The notes: a model not told the origin generated them from the letters alone. DNA of 64,000 bases from an uncultured Pseudomonadota bacterium (GCA_963749075.1 CAVVLJ010000017.1:800001-864000); one strand, 5' to 3'; positions 8,061 to 18,226 are shown, counted from the stretch's first letter. Program-made: numbers and translations.

Positions 8061-10109
8061 CTACTCGGCGGGCGTCCTCGCCACGCGGAAACCGATATGG
8101 TGGTTGCGGTTTCCGGAGTGGTTCCTATCGCGGAACGCCGCGCGCATGGGCCACGGATAGTAGAGCCAGGAACCGCCGCGCAGCCCGTGACGACCGCAGT
8201 CGCTCCCCGACACCAGCGTGACCGAGGCATCCTTGGGGGCGTTGGTGTAGTCGTCCGCCCAGCAATCCTCCACCCATTGCCACGCATCCCCAAGCATGTC
8301 GTAGAGCCCGAAGGGATTCGGCGCGAAGCTGCCGACCGGACTCGTGAACACATAGCCGTCGCTGCAGTCGGCGGTCGTAAGGTTGGGGAATTTCTGCTTG
8401 GTCGTCAGATTCATGCCATGCGCGTATTTGCACTGATCGGCCGTGCCGTCGCCCCACCACCGCGCCGTCGACGTACCGCCTCGCGCGGCATACTCCCACT
8501 CTGCCTCGGTCAACAGGCGATAGGCTTTGCCCGTCTTGCGCGCGAGCCATTGGACATAGGCCTTGGCGTCGTCCCAATTGACGCACACCACCGGATCGCG
8601 GTCGGTCTGCGCAAACCCCGGGTCGCGCCATGACTTCGTGCCGTTCCATTCGAACCTGCTGCCGGTCCATTCATAACATCCGGCGCCGGCCGAGTAGCCG
8701 CTCGCCTCGACGAAGCGCGCGAATTCGCTGCGCGTCACATGAAACTTGCCGACTGCCAGCGGCCGACCGACCCGCACCTCGTGCATCGGCCGTTCGCGTT
8801 TCGCAAACTCATCCGGCACGCGCTCGCGACCGGTCTCCGCCGGGCTCGACCCCATCGTGAACGTACCCGCCGGGATCACCACCATCTCCGGGCAGTCGGC
8901 GCAGTCGCGGAAGCTCTGCCCGACCGCCACAGGATAGCCGCCGGCACTCGCTGCCGGCGGTTGCACGGCCGCTGCGGGTGGTGCGACCAGCGCCTGTTGG
9001 CCAGGTGCTGGTGCCGCCGAGGGCTGGGGCGCCTCCGGGTTCGGTTGCAGGGCGGCCTTCTGGGCGCGCGTCAGCTTTTCGATCATGATCTTGGCGACGG
9101 CCGCGAAGGTGCCGTGCGGGAACTGGTCGAGATAGGCCTGTAGCAAGGCCGGGTCGCCGCTATCCTTGACGCTGGTCCAGAACAGGCTGTCGCGATCGCT
9201 GGGCGTACCGGCGTCGGATGGCGTCTTGATCGTCACGCTCGAGCCTGGCGGCACGAAGAAGAACTGGCCGTGGATAGGGCTGATGCCGAGCCAGGGCTGT
9301 TGCTCGCCCTTGGTCTTGGTATCGACTTCGCTCGCCACCCAACTGAAGACCCCAAGCACATCGAGGCCCGGCCGCTGCACCGCCTCGATGAAGGCGGCGG
9401 TGTAGGGGCTGTGGGCGCCGGCCGCTCCGTCGCCCGCCACCTTGCCGGGTGCAGTCGCATAGCTGATGATGGTCCCCGAGGGCCTGTCGCTGATTTCGGC
9501 AAGGCCCGTGCCCACCGCTCGCAAGCCACGGCCGCCGAAGGGATTGTTGCGACAGGCGTCGAGCACGATCATGCTCAGGCGGTTGCCGGCGTTTCTGATC
9601 TGCCCGAGCAGGAGGTCCACGTCGATCAGCTCGAGCGGCACGTCGCCAGTCTCCCTGGGATCACCGTCGATCGGGATGAGATAGTTGTGGCCTCCGACTT
9701 CGACGCCATGGCCGGAATAATAGAAAAGGCCGACCGCGCCGCTCTCCAAGCTGCGCCCGAAGTCGCGGATCGCCCGCTCCATGCCGCGCTTGTCGAGATC
9801 GAGCTGCGCGCGCCCGCCGACCAGCTCGAACCCGGCCTTGCGCAGGGCGGCGGCGACGCCCTCGGCATCACGCGTCGGATTGTCCAGCCGTGCTACCGCG
9901 CGATAGGCGCCGTTGCCTATCACGAGCGCCACGCGGCGTTCGGCATCCGTCGCCGCCGGGGCGGCCGCGGGAGACGGGGCAATGGCCGCGTCAAGACCGA
10001 GCGCGAGCCAAGCCGCCGCGAGGAAAAGGAAGGCCGCGCGCCTCAGGGAACCATTGCGCAGCGAGACAGCCATGGGGCTCTCCCCGCGAATTTGAGGAGA
10101 TTTTGCCAT
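8061..10109 (-). CDS. Secreted caspase-like (peptidase C14) plus FGE-sulfatase (SUMF1) domain protein
   Basis: ALVIGN, YYSGHG and LDACRNN catalytic dyad; C-terminal CADCPEMV, RLLTEAEWEYAARGG, NPFGLYDM, GFRVAR; N-terminal signal-like segment (start may be 10073). Confidence 0.9.
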   Translation of the reverse strand: MAKSPQIRGESPMAVSLRNGSLRRAAFLFLAAAWLALGLDAAIAPSPAAAPAATDAERRVALVIGNGAYRAVARLDNPTRDAEGVAAALRKAGFELVGGRAQLDLDKRGMERAIRDFGRSLESGAVGLFYYSGHGVEVGGHNYLIPIDGDPRETGDVPLELIDVDLLLGQIRNAGNRLSMIVLDACRNNPFGGRGLRAVGTGLAEISDRPSGTIISYATAPGKVAGDGAAGAHSPYTAAFIEAVQRPGLDVLGVFSWVASEVDTKTKGEQQPWLGISPIHGQFFFVPPGSSVTIKTPSDAGTPSDRDSLFWTSVKDSGDPALLQAYLDQFPHGTFAAVAKIMIEKLTRAQKAALQPNPEAPQPSAAPAPGQQALVAPPAAAVQPPAASAGGYPVAVGQSFRDCADCPEMVVIPAGTFTMGSSPAETGRERVPDEFAKRERPMHEVRVGRPLAVGKFHVTRSEFARFVEASGYSAGAGCYEWTGSRFEWNGTKSWRDPGFAQTDRDPVVCVNWDDAKAYVQWLARKTGKAYRLLTEAEWEYAARGGTSTARWWGDGTADQCKYAHGMNLTTKQKFPNLTTADCSDGYVFTSPVGSFAPNPFGLYDMLGDAWQWVEDCWADDYTNAPKDASVTLVSGSDCGRHGLRGGSWLYYPWPMRAAFRDRNHSGNRNHHIGFRVARTPAE

Positions 10110-10464
10110 AGCCGCTCGCCTGCCGCCATGCCGCGATCATGCGCCGTTATCGCAGGCTCCGGCCACTCGCAAGCCACAGGCAGGGGTCGTGCCCTCCGCA
10201 ATATCACGCCGCGGCGAGCCCACCCCCCCCCAAAAATGCATGCGGGTCCTCCTGGGTCGCGTGGCATCATATTCCGCGCGGCCGGTGAGCAGCTCCGCAA
10301 AGACGGGGTAGTCGTCAGCCTGGGCAGAGCCGTACGCACCAAGTCCGTGCCATGTTGAGCGTAGCAACTTGCGCTTTCGCCGCGGCCAATCGTCTCGACT
10401 CATGGCCCTATCTCCGCACCACCCTTAGGGAGTTAGGGGGAGAGCCCATCGGCAATTCGGCGCA

Positions 10465-11532
10465 CTATCCCCGCGCCCGCCTGCGGTATTCGAGGACGTT
10501 GCGATAGCCCGCCCGCGCCGCGACGCCGCCGCGCGGCACGCCCGCTTCGGTCGCGCCCCAGAGCGCCTCGTAGCCCGGCGGGAGCGCGCGGCTCCCCGGA
10601 ACCGCGAGCCACAGGCGGAGGAGAAGGCGCCGGCGCTCGGGCTCGGCATGGTCCTCGTAGGCGGTGCGCGAGTGGTAGATCACGTGGTTGTTGAGGAGCT
10701 GGATGTCGCCCGGCTCGAACGCCATGTCGAGTGCCAGCTCGTCGGCCAGGGCGGCAAGGAGATCGAGCGCCTCGCTCTGCGCCGCCGAGAGGCGAGGCAC
10801 CTCGGGGAAGCGCTGCGCCGATTCGATGTAGGAGCGCGAGTACTGGCTGGTGAAGCGGCCCGCGCGCGCGCCGAACACCGGGTTGACGTAATAGGGCAGC
10901 TCGCCCGGGTCCTCCTCGCCCTGCCGGCTGTGATGGAAGTCGCTCGAGAGGACCTCGAGAAGGTCGGGCCGCCGGCGCAGGATCTCGTTGCGGATGGCGA
11001 CCGAGCTCGCGATGCGGCTCAAGCCGCCCGCCTTGGCCTTGCGCGCGGCGAGGAGCGCCACCACGTCGCAGCGGTCGGTGTGGAAGCGGAGATGCTCGCG
11101 GCTGCGGTAGCCGCGCGAGGTGGGCTCCCCGAGCCGCACGCCCACGTCCTTCACCTCGCCCAAGAGCTCGCCCTCCTTGCTCTGGGAGAGGGCGGTGCCG
11201 AGGTGCGTGCCGATGCCCCAGAAGATGACGCGGAGCTCGTCGAGGGCATAGCGCTCGACGGGCAACCCGCGCAGCAGCACGAAGCCGCGCCCCTCCTCGA
11301 GCTCGGCCCTGATGCCGGCGAGCCTCGGGCCGAGCGCCGGCAGCGGGAAATCGGCGCGCGCGATCGCGAGGAGCGGCAGTGCGCGGGCGGCCGTGGCGCG
11401 CAAGGCGGCGTCGAGCTCGGCGATCTCAGACGGCGTGAAGCCGCGCAGCCAGTCCGTTCGCCCTGCGAGATCGCGGCCCTGCCAGGCGGAGGGGCCCGCG
11501 ACGGGTACCGCCACGGCAGCGTCCGGCGCCAC
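10465..11532 (-). CDS. TauD/TfdA family dioxygenase
   Basis: FHTDRCD (HxD), NNHVIYHSRT, RLLLRLW. Confidence 0.88.
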   Translation of the reverse strand: MAPDAAVAVPVAGPSAWQGRDLAGRTDWLRGFTPSEIAELDAALRATAARALPLLAIARADFPLPALGPRLAGIRAELEEGRGFVLLRGLPVERYALDELRVIFWGIGTHLGTALSQSKEGELLGEVKDVGVRLGEPTSRGYRSREHLRFHTDRCDVVALLAARKAKAGGLSRIASSVAIRNEILRRRPDLLEVLSSDFHHSRQGEEDPGELPYYVNPVFGARAGRFTSQYSRSYIESAQRFPEVPRLSAAQSEALDLLAALADELALDMAFEPGDIQLLNNHVIYHSRTAYEDHAEPERRRLLLRLWLAVPGSRALPPGYEALWGATEAGVPRGGVAARAGYRNVLEYRRRARG

Positions 11533-11533
11533 C

Positions 11534-11938
11534 TTACTTCCGTCCCGAGGTGCCGACCCAGCCGGTCCTCGAGATGTCGAAGATGATGCCGTCGGGGTCC
11601 TTGAACTTGCGCTCGAAGTTGCCGTGACGCTCGTTCCCGAGATCGAAGAAGAAGCTGCCGCCCGAGGCCTCGATCGCCTTGCCGGCCGCCTCGAGATCGT
11701 CGACCTGGAAGCCGAAGTGATGGGTGCCGACGAAGCTCTCGGCGTCCTCGAGCCCGGAGCCGCGCTCGCCCTTGTACTTGAGCAGCGCCAGGTTGATCTC
11801 GCCGTCGCTGAGATAGACGCCGGTCGCGAGATCGCCGTCGGCTTGGCCGACGCGCTTCATGCCGAACGCCCGCTCGTAAAAGGCCGCCGACTTTTCCGGG
11901 TCCTTGACGACGACCGCGATATGCCGAAGCCGAGCCAT
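11534..11938 (-). CDS. VOC/glyoxalase family protein
   Basis: MARLRHIAV, HHFGFQVDD, KDPDG; RBS GGAGG before the ATG at 11938. Confidence 0.85.
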   Translation of the reverse strand: MARLRHIAVVVKDPEKSAAFYERAFGMKRVGQADGDLATGVYLSDGEINLALLKYKGERGSGLEDAESFVGTHHFGFQVDDLEAAGKAIEASGGSFFFDLGNERHGNFERKFKDPDGIIFDISRTGWVGTSGRK

Positions 11939-12059
11939 AACGATGCCTCCTGCCGTGAGAGCCGGCCGCCGCCCCGGATGCCCCGAGGGCGGCGGCGCCG
12001 CTCGCGCGATCATAGAGGCCGGCGCGGGGCTTGGAAATACGCGAGGCGGGCAAGCCCGT

Positions 12060-12827
12060 GCCGGCGCGCGGTGCCGCCGGTGCGGGCTCTGCCAATGCCA
12101 GGCCGCGCCAGCCGCCCGGCCAGAGAATCGCGAAGGAGAGCGTCGCGGTCGCGATCCCCTCGCCCGTGACGGCGATGCTGAGGCGGTAGGTGCCAAGTGC
12201 CGCGAAGAGGCCGCGATAGCGCGGCGGCACCTCGGCGCGGAAGAGGGCGAGGGCGTTGGCAGCACCGTCGGCGATGAGAAGATTGAGGTAGTGCGGCACG
12301 CGGCCGGGGAGGTCGATCGCGTCCCTGCCCTCGTGCATCGACCACTCCAGCGCCAGGCTGTCGCCGTAGTCGAGCGCCTCGCCGCCCTCGCCGCCCTCGC
12401 GCGCCACGTCGACGAGATAGGCGCGGCATCCCTTGAGCGGGATGGCGGAGCGGTTCATCACCTGCACGCGCAGCAGCTTGGCCTCGCCGCCGCCGCCGGG
12501 CGCGTGGCGCGTCAGCATGAGGCAGCGCTCGCGCGGCTCGAAGCCGAAGGCGAGCTGCGGCGCCAGGCGGCGGTCGAGGGCCATGATCTCGCGATAGAAG
12601 GCTACGCCGATCAGGATGGCGATGGGGAGGAGCGCCCATACCGGCGAGAGGCTGTCGATCTCCTTGAGGAGGCGGTGGCCCTCGTAGGGCCGGATCGCGT
12701 CGATCGCGCGCAGGAGCTCGCGCTTGTGGAGGAGTGCCGCCGAGGCGAAGTAATAGCCCAGCGACCAGAAGCGGCCGCCGTTGTTCCACAGGATCGAGAC
12801 CACGCGCCGGAGATGCGCCCACACCAT
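12060..12827 (-). CDS. Hypothetical membrane-anchored protein; natural stop not visible, so the end is approximate
   Basis: First ~250 codons are protein-like with a TM helix; the ORF then reads on out of frame across the VOC gene. Confidence 0.5.
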
Positions 12828-12834
12828 GGCCGCA

Positions 12835-13749
12835 TCATAGCGGCCCTGCCCTCGCGGGGGCTCCCGCGGACGTGCCGGAGGGTCGCTTCCGCCGAGGGCC
12901 GCCCGCCGAGCGCAAGAGCGTCCCGCGCAGCAGGCTCGCCGCGAGCACGAGGAGGCAGCAGAGGAGAACCGCGAGGCCCGGCCGCACGCCGATCGCGAGC
13001 GAGAAGTTGGCCTCGAGCACCCGCGCCGGCGGGGCGCCGAACTTCAGCCAGAAATAGAGCGCCTCGCCGAGTGCCGTCAGCACGGCGGCCGCCGCGGCTA
13101 GCCCGGCAAGGACGAGCTGGCGCAGCGCCCACCGCGTCTCCTTTGCCGGAGCGAGAAGGCGGTAGCCCATGAGCCAGACATAGAGGCCGCCCATCACCAT
13201 GGGCTCGCTCACCTCCGCCTTGGACTGGATGAAATAATGCACGACCGCAAGGACGGCGATGCCGTAGACGAGGCGGTGGAGCTTCTGCCAGCGCTTGCCG
13301 CCGAGCCGCCGGGTCATGGCATCCGTCGAGGTCGCGGCGAGTGACGCGAGGCCGAGGAGGGCCACGAAGCCGATGGTGAGGTAGAAGCGCAGCACGATCT
13401 CGCTTGCCACCTTGAGGAGGTCGAAGTTCTCGTCCACCACGTAGAGCGTGAGATGGCTCACCCCGTAGGCGAAGGCCGCGACGCCGATCATGCGGCGCAC
13501 GATGACGAGCCGCGGCCAGTCGAGAATCTGGCGGAGCGGCGTTACGGAGAGCGAGATGAAGAGGAAGCGGATCATCCACAGGCCGACCTCGTGGATCGCC
13601 TCGTTGAGCGGCCGCGCCCCGAGGGTGCCGAGCGCCAGGGAGAGCGCCGTATTGAGGCCGGGCATGAAGAGGCAGACGAAGACGACGAGCTTGAGCGGCG
13701 AGAGTTGGCCGCTGCGGTCGAGCCAGGGAAGCTTGCGCGCGTTCTTCAT
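12835..13749 (-). CDS. msrQ: Ferric-reductase-like heme-binding membrane protein (MsrQ/YedZ family)
   Basis: TPLR, RRMIG, LAATS and WQKLHRLVY motifs with conserved His residues. Confidence 0.8.
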   Translation of the reverse strand: MKNARKLPWLDRSGQLSPLKLVVFVCLFMPGLNTALSLALGTLGARPLNEAIHEVGLWMIRFLFISLSVTPLRQILDWPRLVIVRRMIGVAAFAYGVSHLTLYVVDENFDLLKVASEIVLRFYLTIGFVALLGLASLAATSTDAMTRRLGGKRWQKLHRLVYGIAVLAVVHYFIQSKAEVSEPMVMGGLYVWLMGYRLLAPAKETRWALRQLVLAGLAAAAAVLTALGEALYFWLKFGAPPARVLEANFSLAIGVRPGLAVLLCCLLVLAASLLRGTLLRSAGGPRRKRPSGTSAGAPARAGPL

Positions 13750-13815
13750 GGCTCCCGTTCTAACGGTGCCCGCCGGGAAGGTCCATCACGACCCGATCAC
13801 AATCGGGCGAGGGAT

Positions 13816-13954
13816 CCCTCCTCTCCTCCTTCAGGAGGAGAGGAAGGGGCCCATCGCGAAGCGATGGGAAGGTGAGGAGGCTTCGGCGGCAACGACATGT
13901 CCAGCAGGATCACCTCCTCACCCCGACCCTCTCCTCCTAAAGGAGGAGAGGGAG
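13816..13954. repeat. REP/RIME-like palindromic element (two inverted units)
   Basis: CCTCTCCTCCT-TC-AGGAGGAGAGG and CCTCTCCTCCT-AA-AGGAGGAGAGG hairpins with CCCATCGC-GAA-GCGATGGG between them. Confidence 0.75.
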
Positions 13955-13971
13955 AACGGCGATGCTGCCGC

Positions 13972-14688
13972 TCACTCCGCCTTGCGGCCGTAGGAGATGA
14001 TGGAGAGGAAGAGGATCGGCAGCTTCACCAATTCCTCCGGCCCGTGCGGCGCGTCGGCGCTGAAGAAGAGGGAGTTGCCCGGGCGCAAAAGGTAGAGCTT
14101 GTCGGCGTGCCGGTAGGCGACCTCGCCCTCGAGCATGTAGAGGAACTCCATGCCGTCGTGCTGGAAGAGCGGAAAGACCTCCGACTCCTCGTTGAGCGTG
14201 ATGAGATAGGGCTCGACGACGACCGAGCTGTGATGGGCGACCGTGTGGCCGAGGAGCTTGTATTGATGGCCGGCGCGCGTGCCGCGCCGCTGGATCGTGA
14301 GCCCCTCGCCGGCGCGCACGTAGATGGCGTCGCGCTGCTCCTCGAACTTGCGGAAGAGGGCGGTCACCGGAACGTTGAGCGCGCGGGCCAGCGCGTGGAG
14401 CGTCGAGAGCGAGGGCGAGCTCATGCCGTTCTCGATCTTCGACAGCATGCCGGAGGAGAAATTCGCCAGCTTGGCGAGCTGGGTCACGGTCATGTCGAGC
14501 TTTCTGCGGTACTCCTTGACCTGCGCGCCGATGGAGACCTCGAGATTGTTCTCCCTGGCGCCGGCGTGGGCGTCCTGGCCGGCCGTAGCGGGCGGGCGCA
14601 GCGCGCGCGGGGTGCGCTTAGGCTGCGGTGCGGCCTCGTGGCGCCGCTGGCGCGGCGCGCTTCGTCTTTTGCTCGGCGTTGCGCTCAA
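13972..14688 (-). CDS. XRE-family HTH plus cupin transcriptional regulator
   Basis: HTH (MTVTQLAK..SSGMLSKIENG..SPSL) and cupin (HDGMEF, APHGP); TTG start inferred after AAAGAGGA. Confidence 0.88.
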   Translation of the reverse strand: MSATPSKRRSAPRQRRHEAAPQPKRTPRALRPPATAGQDAHAGARENNLEVSIGAQVKEYRRKLDMTVTQLAKLANFSSGMLSKIENGMSSPSLSTLHALARALNVPVTALFRKFEEQRDAIYVRAGEGLTIQRRGTRAGHQYKLLGHTVAHHSSVVVEPYLITLNEESEVFPLFQHDGMEFLYMLEGEVAYRHADKLYLLRPGNSLFFSADAPHGPEELVKLPILFLSIISYGRKAE

Positions 14689-14717
14689 GATGTCCTCTTT
14701 GCCGCCTCGGAGCACGC

Positions 14718-16025
14718 TCAGCAATCGAGCGTGCGCTCGCGCTCCCAGGCGCTGATGTGCGAGGCGTAGCTCTGCCATTCCATGTGCTTCAGCTTGGCGT
14801 AGCTGTCAACGAAACTCTTGCCCAGGCCCTGGACCACCACCTCGCTCTTCTCGAAGAGGCGGATGGCGTCGAGCAGGTTGAGCGGCAGCTTGCGCACGCC
14901 GCGCACCCGCTCGCCCTCGGTATACATGTTGACGTCGAGGCGCTTGCCGGGATCGCGCTTGTTGACGATGCCGTCGAGCCCGGCCATGAGCACGCCCGCC
15001 TGCAGGAGATAGGGGTTGGCGGAGCCATCCATGAGGCGGAGCTCGAAGCGGTCGACATCTGGGATGCGCACCATGTGGGTGCGGTTGTTCCCCGAATAGG
15101 TGATGGCGTTGGGCGCCCAGGTGGCGCCCGAGAGGGTGACGGGCGCGTTGATGCGCTTGTAGCTGTTGACGGTCGGGTTGAAGAGGGCGGCGAGGGCGTC
15201 GGCGGAATGGAGGACGCCGCCGAGGAAGCGGTAGGCGAGTGCCGAGAGGCCGAGCTCGCCCTTGGGATCGTGGAAGAGGTTCTTCTTCCCCTTGGCGTCC
15301 CACAGGGAGACGTGGCAGTGGCAGCCGCTGCCGGTCAAGGTCGGGAAGGGCTTCGGCATGAAGGTGGCGCGGAGGCCGTGCTTCTCGGCGATGGCCTTCA
15401 CCATGTATTTGAAGAAGGCATGGCGGTCGGCGGTGACCAGGCAGTCGTCGTAGCGCCAGTTCATCTCGAACTGGCCGTTGGCGTCCTCATGGTCGTTCTG
15501 GTAGGCGCCCCAGCCGAGCTCGAGCATGGCGTCGCAGATCTCGCGGATCACCTCGTAGCGCCGCATGAGCGCCGACTGGTCGTAGCAGGGCTTTACTTGC
15601 ACATCACGCTCGTCGGAGATGCCGCCGCCGTCGGCGGCCAGGAGGAAATACTCGCACTCGACGCCGGTCTTCATGCGGTAGCCGAGCTTCTCGGCGACGG
15701 CGATCTGGCGCTTGAGCGCCGCCCGCGGCGAGGCCTCGACCTCCTTCCCCGCCATGCGCAGATCGGCGGCGAGCCAGGCCACCTCGGGCTTCCACGGCAG
15801 GACCATGAGGCTCGCGGGATCGGGCACCGCGAACATGTCCGGGTTGGCCGGCGTCATGTCGAGCCAGGTGGCGAAGCCGGCGAAGCCGGCGCCGTTCTTC
15901 TGCATCTCCGCGATCGCCGCCGCGGGCACCAGCTTGGCGCGCAAGACCCCGAAGAGATCGACGTAGCTGATGAGGAAATACTTGATCTTCTTCGCTCTCG
16001 CGACGTCCTCCAGGTTCTCCGACAT
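14718..16025 (-). CDS. glnT: Type III glutamine synthetase-like protein, probable gamma-glutamylmethylamide synthetase (GmaS)
   Basis: GAGFAGFA, CYDQ, DHEDANGQFE, TFMPKP and ATWAP motifs; adjacent to glxBCD. Confidence 0.88.
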   Translation of the reverse strand: MSENLEDVARAKKIKYFLISYVDLFGVLRAKLVPAAAIAEMQKNGAGFAGFATWLDMTPANPDMFAVPDPASLMVLPWKPEVAWLAADLRMAGKEVEASPRAALKRQIAVAEKLGYRMKTGVECEYFLLAADGGGISDERDVQVKPCYDQSALMRRYEVIREICDAMLELGWGAYQNDHEDANGQFEMNWRYDDCLVTADRHAFFKYMVKAIAEKHGLRATFMPKPFPTLTGSGCHCHVSLWDAKGKKNLFHDPKGELGLSALAYRFLGGVLHSADALAALFNPTVNSYKRINAPVTLSGATWAPNAITYSGNNRTHMVRIPDVDRFELRLMDGSANPYLLQAGVLMAGLDGIVNKRDPGKRLDVNMYTEGERVRGVRKLPLNLLDAIRLFEKSEVVVQGLGKSFVDSYAKLKHMEWQSYASHISAWERERTLDC

Positions 16026-16092
16026 GTGCCCTCCTCGTTTCCCTGGCCTCGCCAGGGCGGCGCCAGTATCTCGACTCGTGGGCGCTTGATGC

Positions 16093-16193
16093 ACCCCCCG
16101 CCCTGCCCTCCCCCTCAAGGGGGGAGGGAAATCGTGAGCGGCGCTGCTAACTTCCCCCTCCCCCTTGAAGGGGGAGGGTCGGGGTGGGGGTGA
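16093..16193. repeat. REP/RIME-like palindromic element (two inverted units)
   Basis: CCCTCCCCCTCAAGGGGGGAGGG and CCCTCCCCCTTGAAGGGGGAGGG; same architecture as 13816-13954. Confidence 0.75.
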
Positions 16194-16217
16194 CGCTCTA
16201 ATTTGCGAGAGTTGCCC

Positions 16218-17555
16218 CTAGCTCCGCCCCGGTATCCAGTCCGTGCCGGCGAGCGGCACGCCGGCCATGGCGGCCGCCTCGATGGTCAGCGCCACGAGGT
16301 CCTGCGGCTCGAGGTTGTGCAGGTGGGATTTGCCGCAGGCGCGCGCGAGCGTCTGGGCCTCGAGCACCATCGTCGTGAGATAATTGTAAAGCCGCCGCGC
16401 CGCAAGCGCCGGATCGAGCCGCGACTCGAGGGCGGCATCCTGGGTGGCGATGCCCACGGGGCAGCGCCCGGTCTGGCAGTGATGGCAGTATCCCGCCGCC
16501 GTCCCGAGCGCCGCATAGTCCTCGGCGAAGAGTGGCGCGTTGCAGTTGAGGGCGATGAGGGCGGCGGAGCCGATGGAGACCGCGTCGGCGCCGAGCGCCA
16601 GCGCCTTCGCCACGTCGGCCCCGCTGCGGATGCCGCCCGAGACGATGAGCTGCACCGTCCTCTGCATGTCGAGCTCCCGGAGCGCCTCGGCCGCCTGGCG
16701 CACCGCCGGGAGGGTCGGGATGCCGACATGCTCGATGAAGACGTCCTGGGTCGCCCCGGTGCCGCCCTGCATGCCGTCGACCACGACCACGTCGGCGCCG
16801 GCCTTGACGGCGAGCGCCACGTCGTACTTCACGCGGGTGGCGCCCACCTTGACGTAGATCGGCTTCTCCCAATCGGTGATCTCGCGCAGCTCCTGGATCT
16901 TGACCTCGAGATCGTCGGGACCGGTCCAGTCGGGATGCCGCGAGGCGCTGCGCTGATCGATGCCGACCGGAAGCGTGCGCATGGCGGCGACGCGCTCGGT
17001 GACCTTGAGGCCGAGCAGCATGCCCCCGCCGCCCGGCTTCGCCCCCTGCCCCACCACCACCTCGATGGCGTCCGAGCGCCTGAGGTCGTCCGGGTTGAGG
17101 CCGTAGCGCGACGGCAGCACCTGGTAGACGAGCGTCTTGGAGGCCGCGCGCTCCTCCTCGGACATGCCGCCGTCGCCGGTCGTGGTGCTGGTGCCGATCT
17201 CGCTCGCGGCGCGCCCGAGCGCCTTCTTGGCGTTGGCGCTCAAGGAGCCGAAGCTCATGCCGGCGATGGTGACGGGTATCTTGAGCGCGATCGGCTTCTT
17301 CGCGAAGCGGGTGCCGAGCGTCACGTCGGTCGCGCACTTCTCCCGGTAGCCCTCGAGCGGATAGCGCGAGATCGAGGCGCCGAGGAAGAGCAGGTCGTCG
17401 AAGCTCGGCAGCCGCCGCTTGGCGCCCATGCCGCGGATCTCGTAGAGGCCCTCGCGCGCCGCGCGCTGGATCTCGGCGATCACCGCGGGCGGGAAGGTGG
17501 CATGCTCCCTGAGGCCGGCTGGTGCTGCTTGGCCCTCCTCAATACTGCGCGGCAT
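16218..17555 (-). CDS. glxD: FMN-binding glutamate synthase family protein (N-methylglutamate synthase subunit C)
   Basis: GMSFGSLS, GQGAKPGGGG, Fe-S motif CHHCQTGRCPVG; exact start uncertain. Confidence 0.88.
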   Translation of the reverse strand: MPRSIEEGQAAPAGLREHATFPPAVIAEIQRAAREGLYEIRGMGAKRRLPSFDDLLFLGASISRYPLEGYREKCATDVTLGTRFAKKPIALKIPVTIAGMSFGSLSANAKKALGRAASEIGTSTTTGDGGMSEEERAASKTLVYQVLPSRYGLNPDDLRRSDAIEVVVGQGAKPGGGGMLLGLKVTERVAAMRTLPVGIDQRSASRHPDWTGPDDLEVKIQELREITDWEKPIYVKVGATRVKYDVALAVKAGADVVVVDGMQGGTGATQDVFIEHVGIPTLPAVRQAAEALRELDMQRTVQLIVSGGIRSGADVAKALALGADAVSIGSAALIALNCNAPLFAEDYAALGTAAGYCHHCQTGRCPVGIATQDAALESRLDPALAARRLYNYLTTMVLEAQTLARACGKSHLHNLEPQDLVALTIEAAAMAGVPLAGTDWIPGRS

Positions 17556-18222
17556 GATCGACCTTGAAATTGTAGAGCTGGCGCGCCGAGCCGTAGCGGC
17601 GGAACTCGCCCGCATCGGCGGCGATGCTCGCGCGCGCGAGGAGAGCCGCGAGCGTCGCCGCGTGCGCCTCGGTCATCGGCTTCTCGACGCAGTCCGAGCC
17701 GAGGCTGGCGACGCTGCCGCGCACGAAGAGCACCGCCTCATAGATCGAATCGCCGAGATGCGGCCCCGCATCGCCGCACACGACGAGATGCCCCGCCTGG
17801 GCCATGAAGGCGCTCATATGGCCGACCGAGCCGCCCACCACGATGTCGACGCCTTTCATCGAAATGCCGCAGCGCGAGCTGGCGTCGCCCTCGATGACGA
17901 CGAGCCCGCCGTGCCCCGAGGCCGCCGCCGCCTGGGAGGCGTTGCCCTTCACGCGCACCGAGCCCGACATGATGTTCTCGGCAAGGCCCGGGCCGGCATG
18001 GCCGTTGACGACGAGCTCGGCCTCCTTGTTCATCCCGGCGCAGTAATAGCCGACCGGCCCGTCGATCTCGACCGCGATCGGCACCTGCAAGCCGACTGCG
18101 ACGGCATGCGCACCCTTGGGGTTGCGGATGCGCCAGGCGCGCTCGTTGGTCTGCGGCGGCAGGCGGTGCAGCCGCTCGTTCAAGCCGCGCACGCCCACCG
18201 CCTCGAGGTCCACCTCAATCAC
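17539..18222 (-). CDS. glxC: GXGXG-domain protein (N-methylglutamate synthase subunit B)
   Basis: GYYCAGMN, RCGISMKG and ends LYNFKVDHAAQY; GTG start after GGAGG. Confidence 0.88.
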   Translation of the reverse strand: MIEVDLEAVGVRGLNERLHRLPPQTNERAWRIRNPKGAHAVAVGLQVPIAVEIDGPVGYYCAGMNKEAELVVNGHAGPGLAENIMSGSVRVKGNASQAAAASGHGGLVVIEGDASSRCGISMKGVDIVVGGSVGHMSAFMAQAGHLVVCGDAGPHLGDSIYEAVLFVRGSVASLGSDCVEKPMTEAHAATLAALLARASIAADAGEFRRYGSARQLYNFKVDHAAQY

Positions 18223-18226
18223 GCGC

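Noticed and set aside
11151-12059. C-terminal half of the 558-aa ORF as real coding sequence
   Set aside because: Overlaps the VOC and TauD genes out of frame and has low-complexity Arg/Ala/Pro composition.
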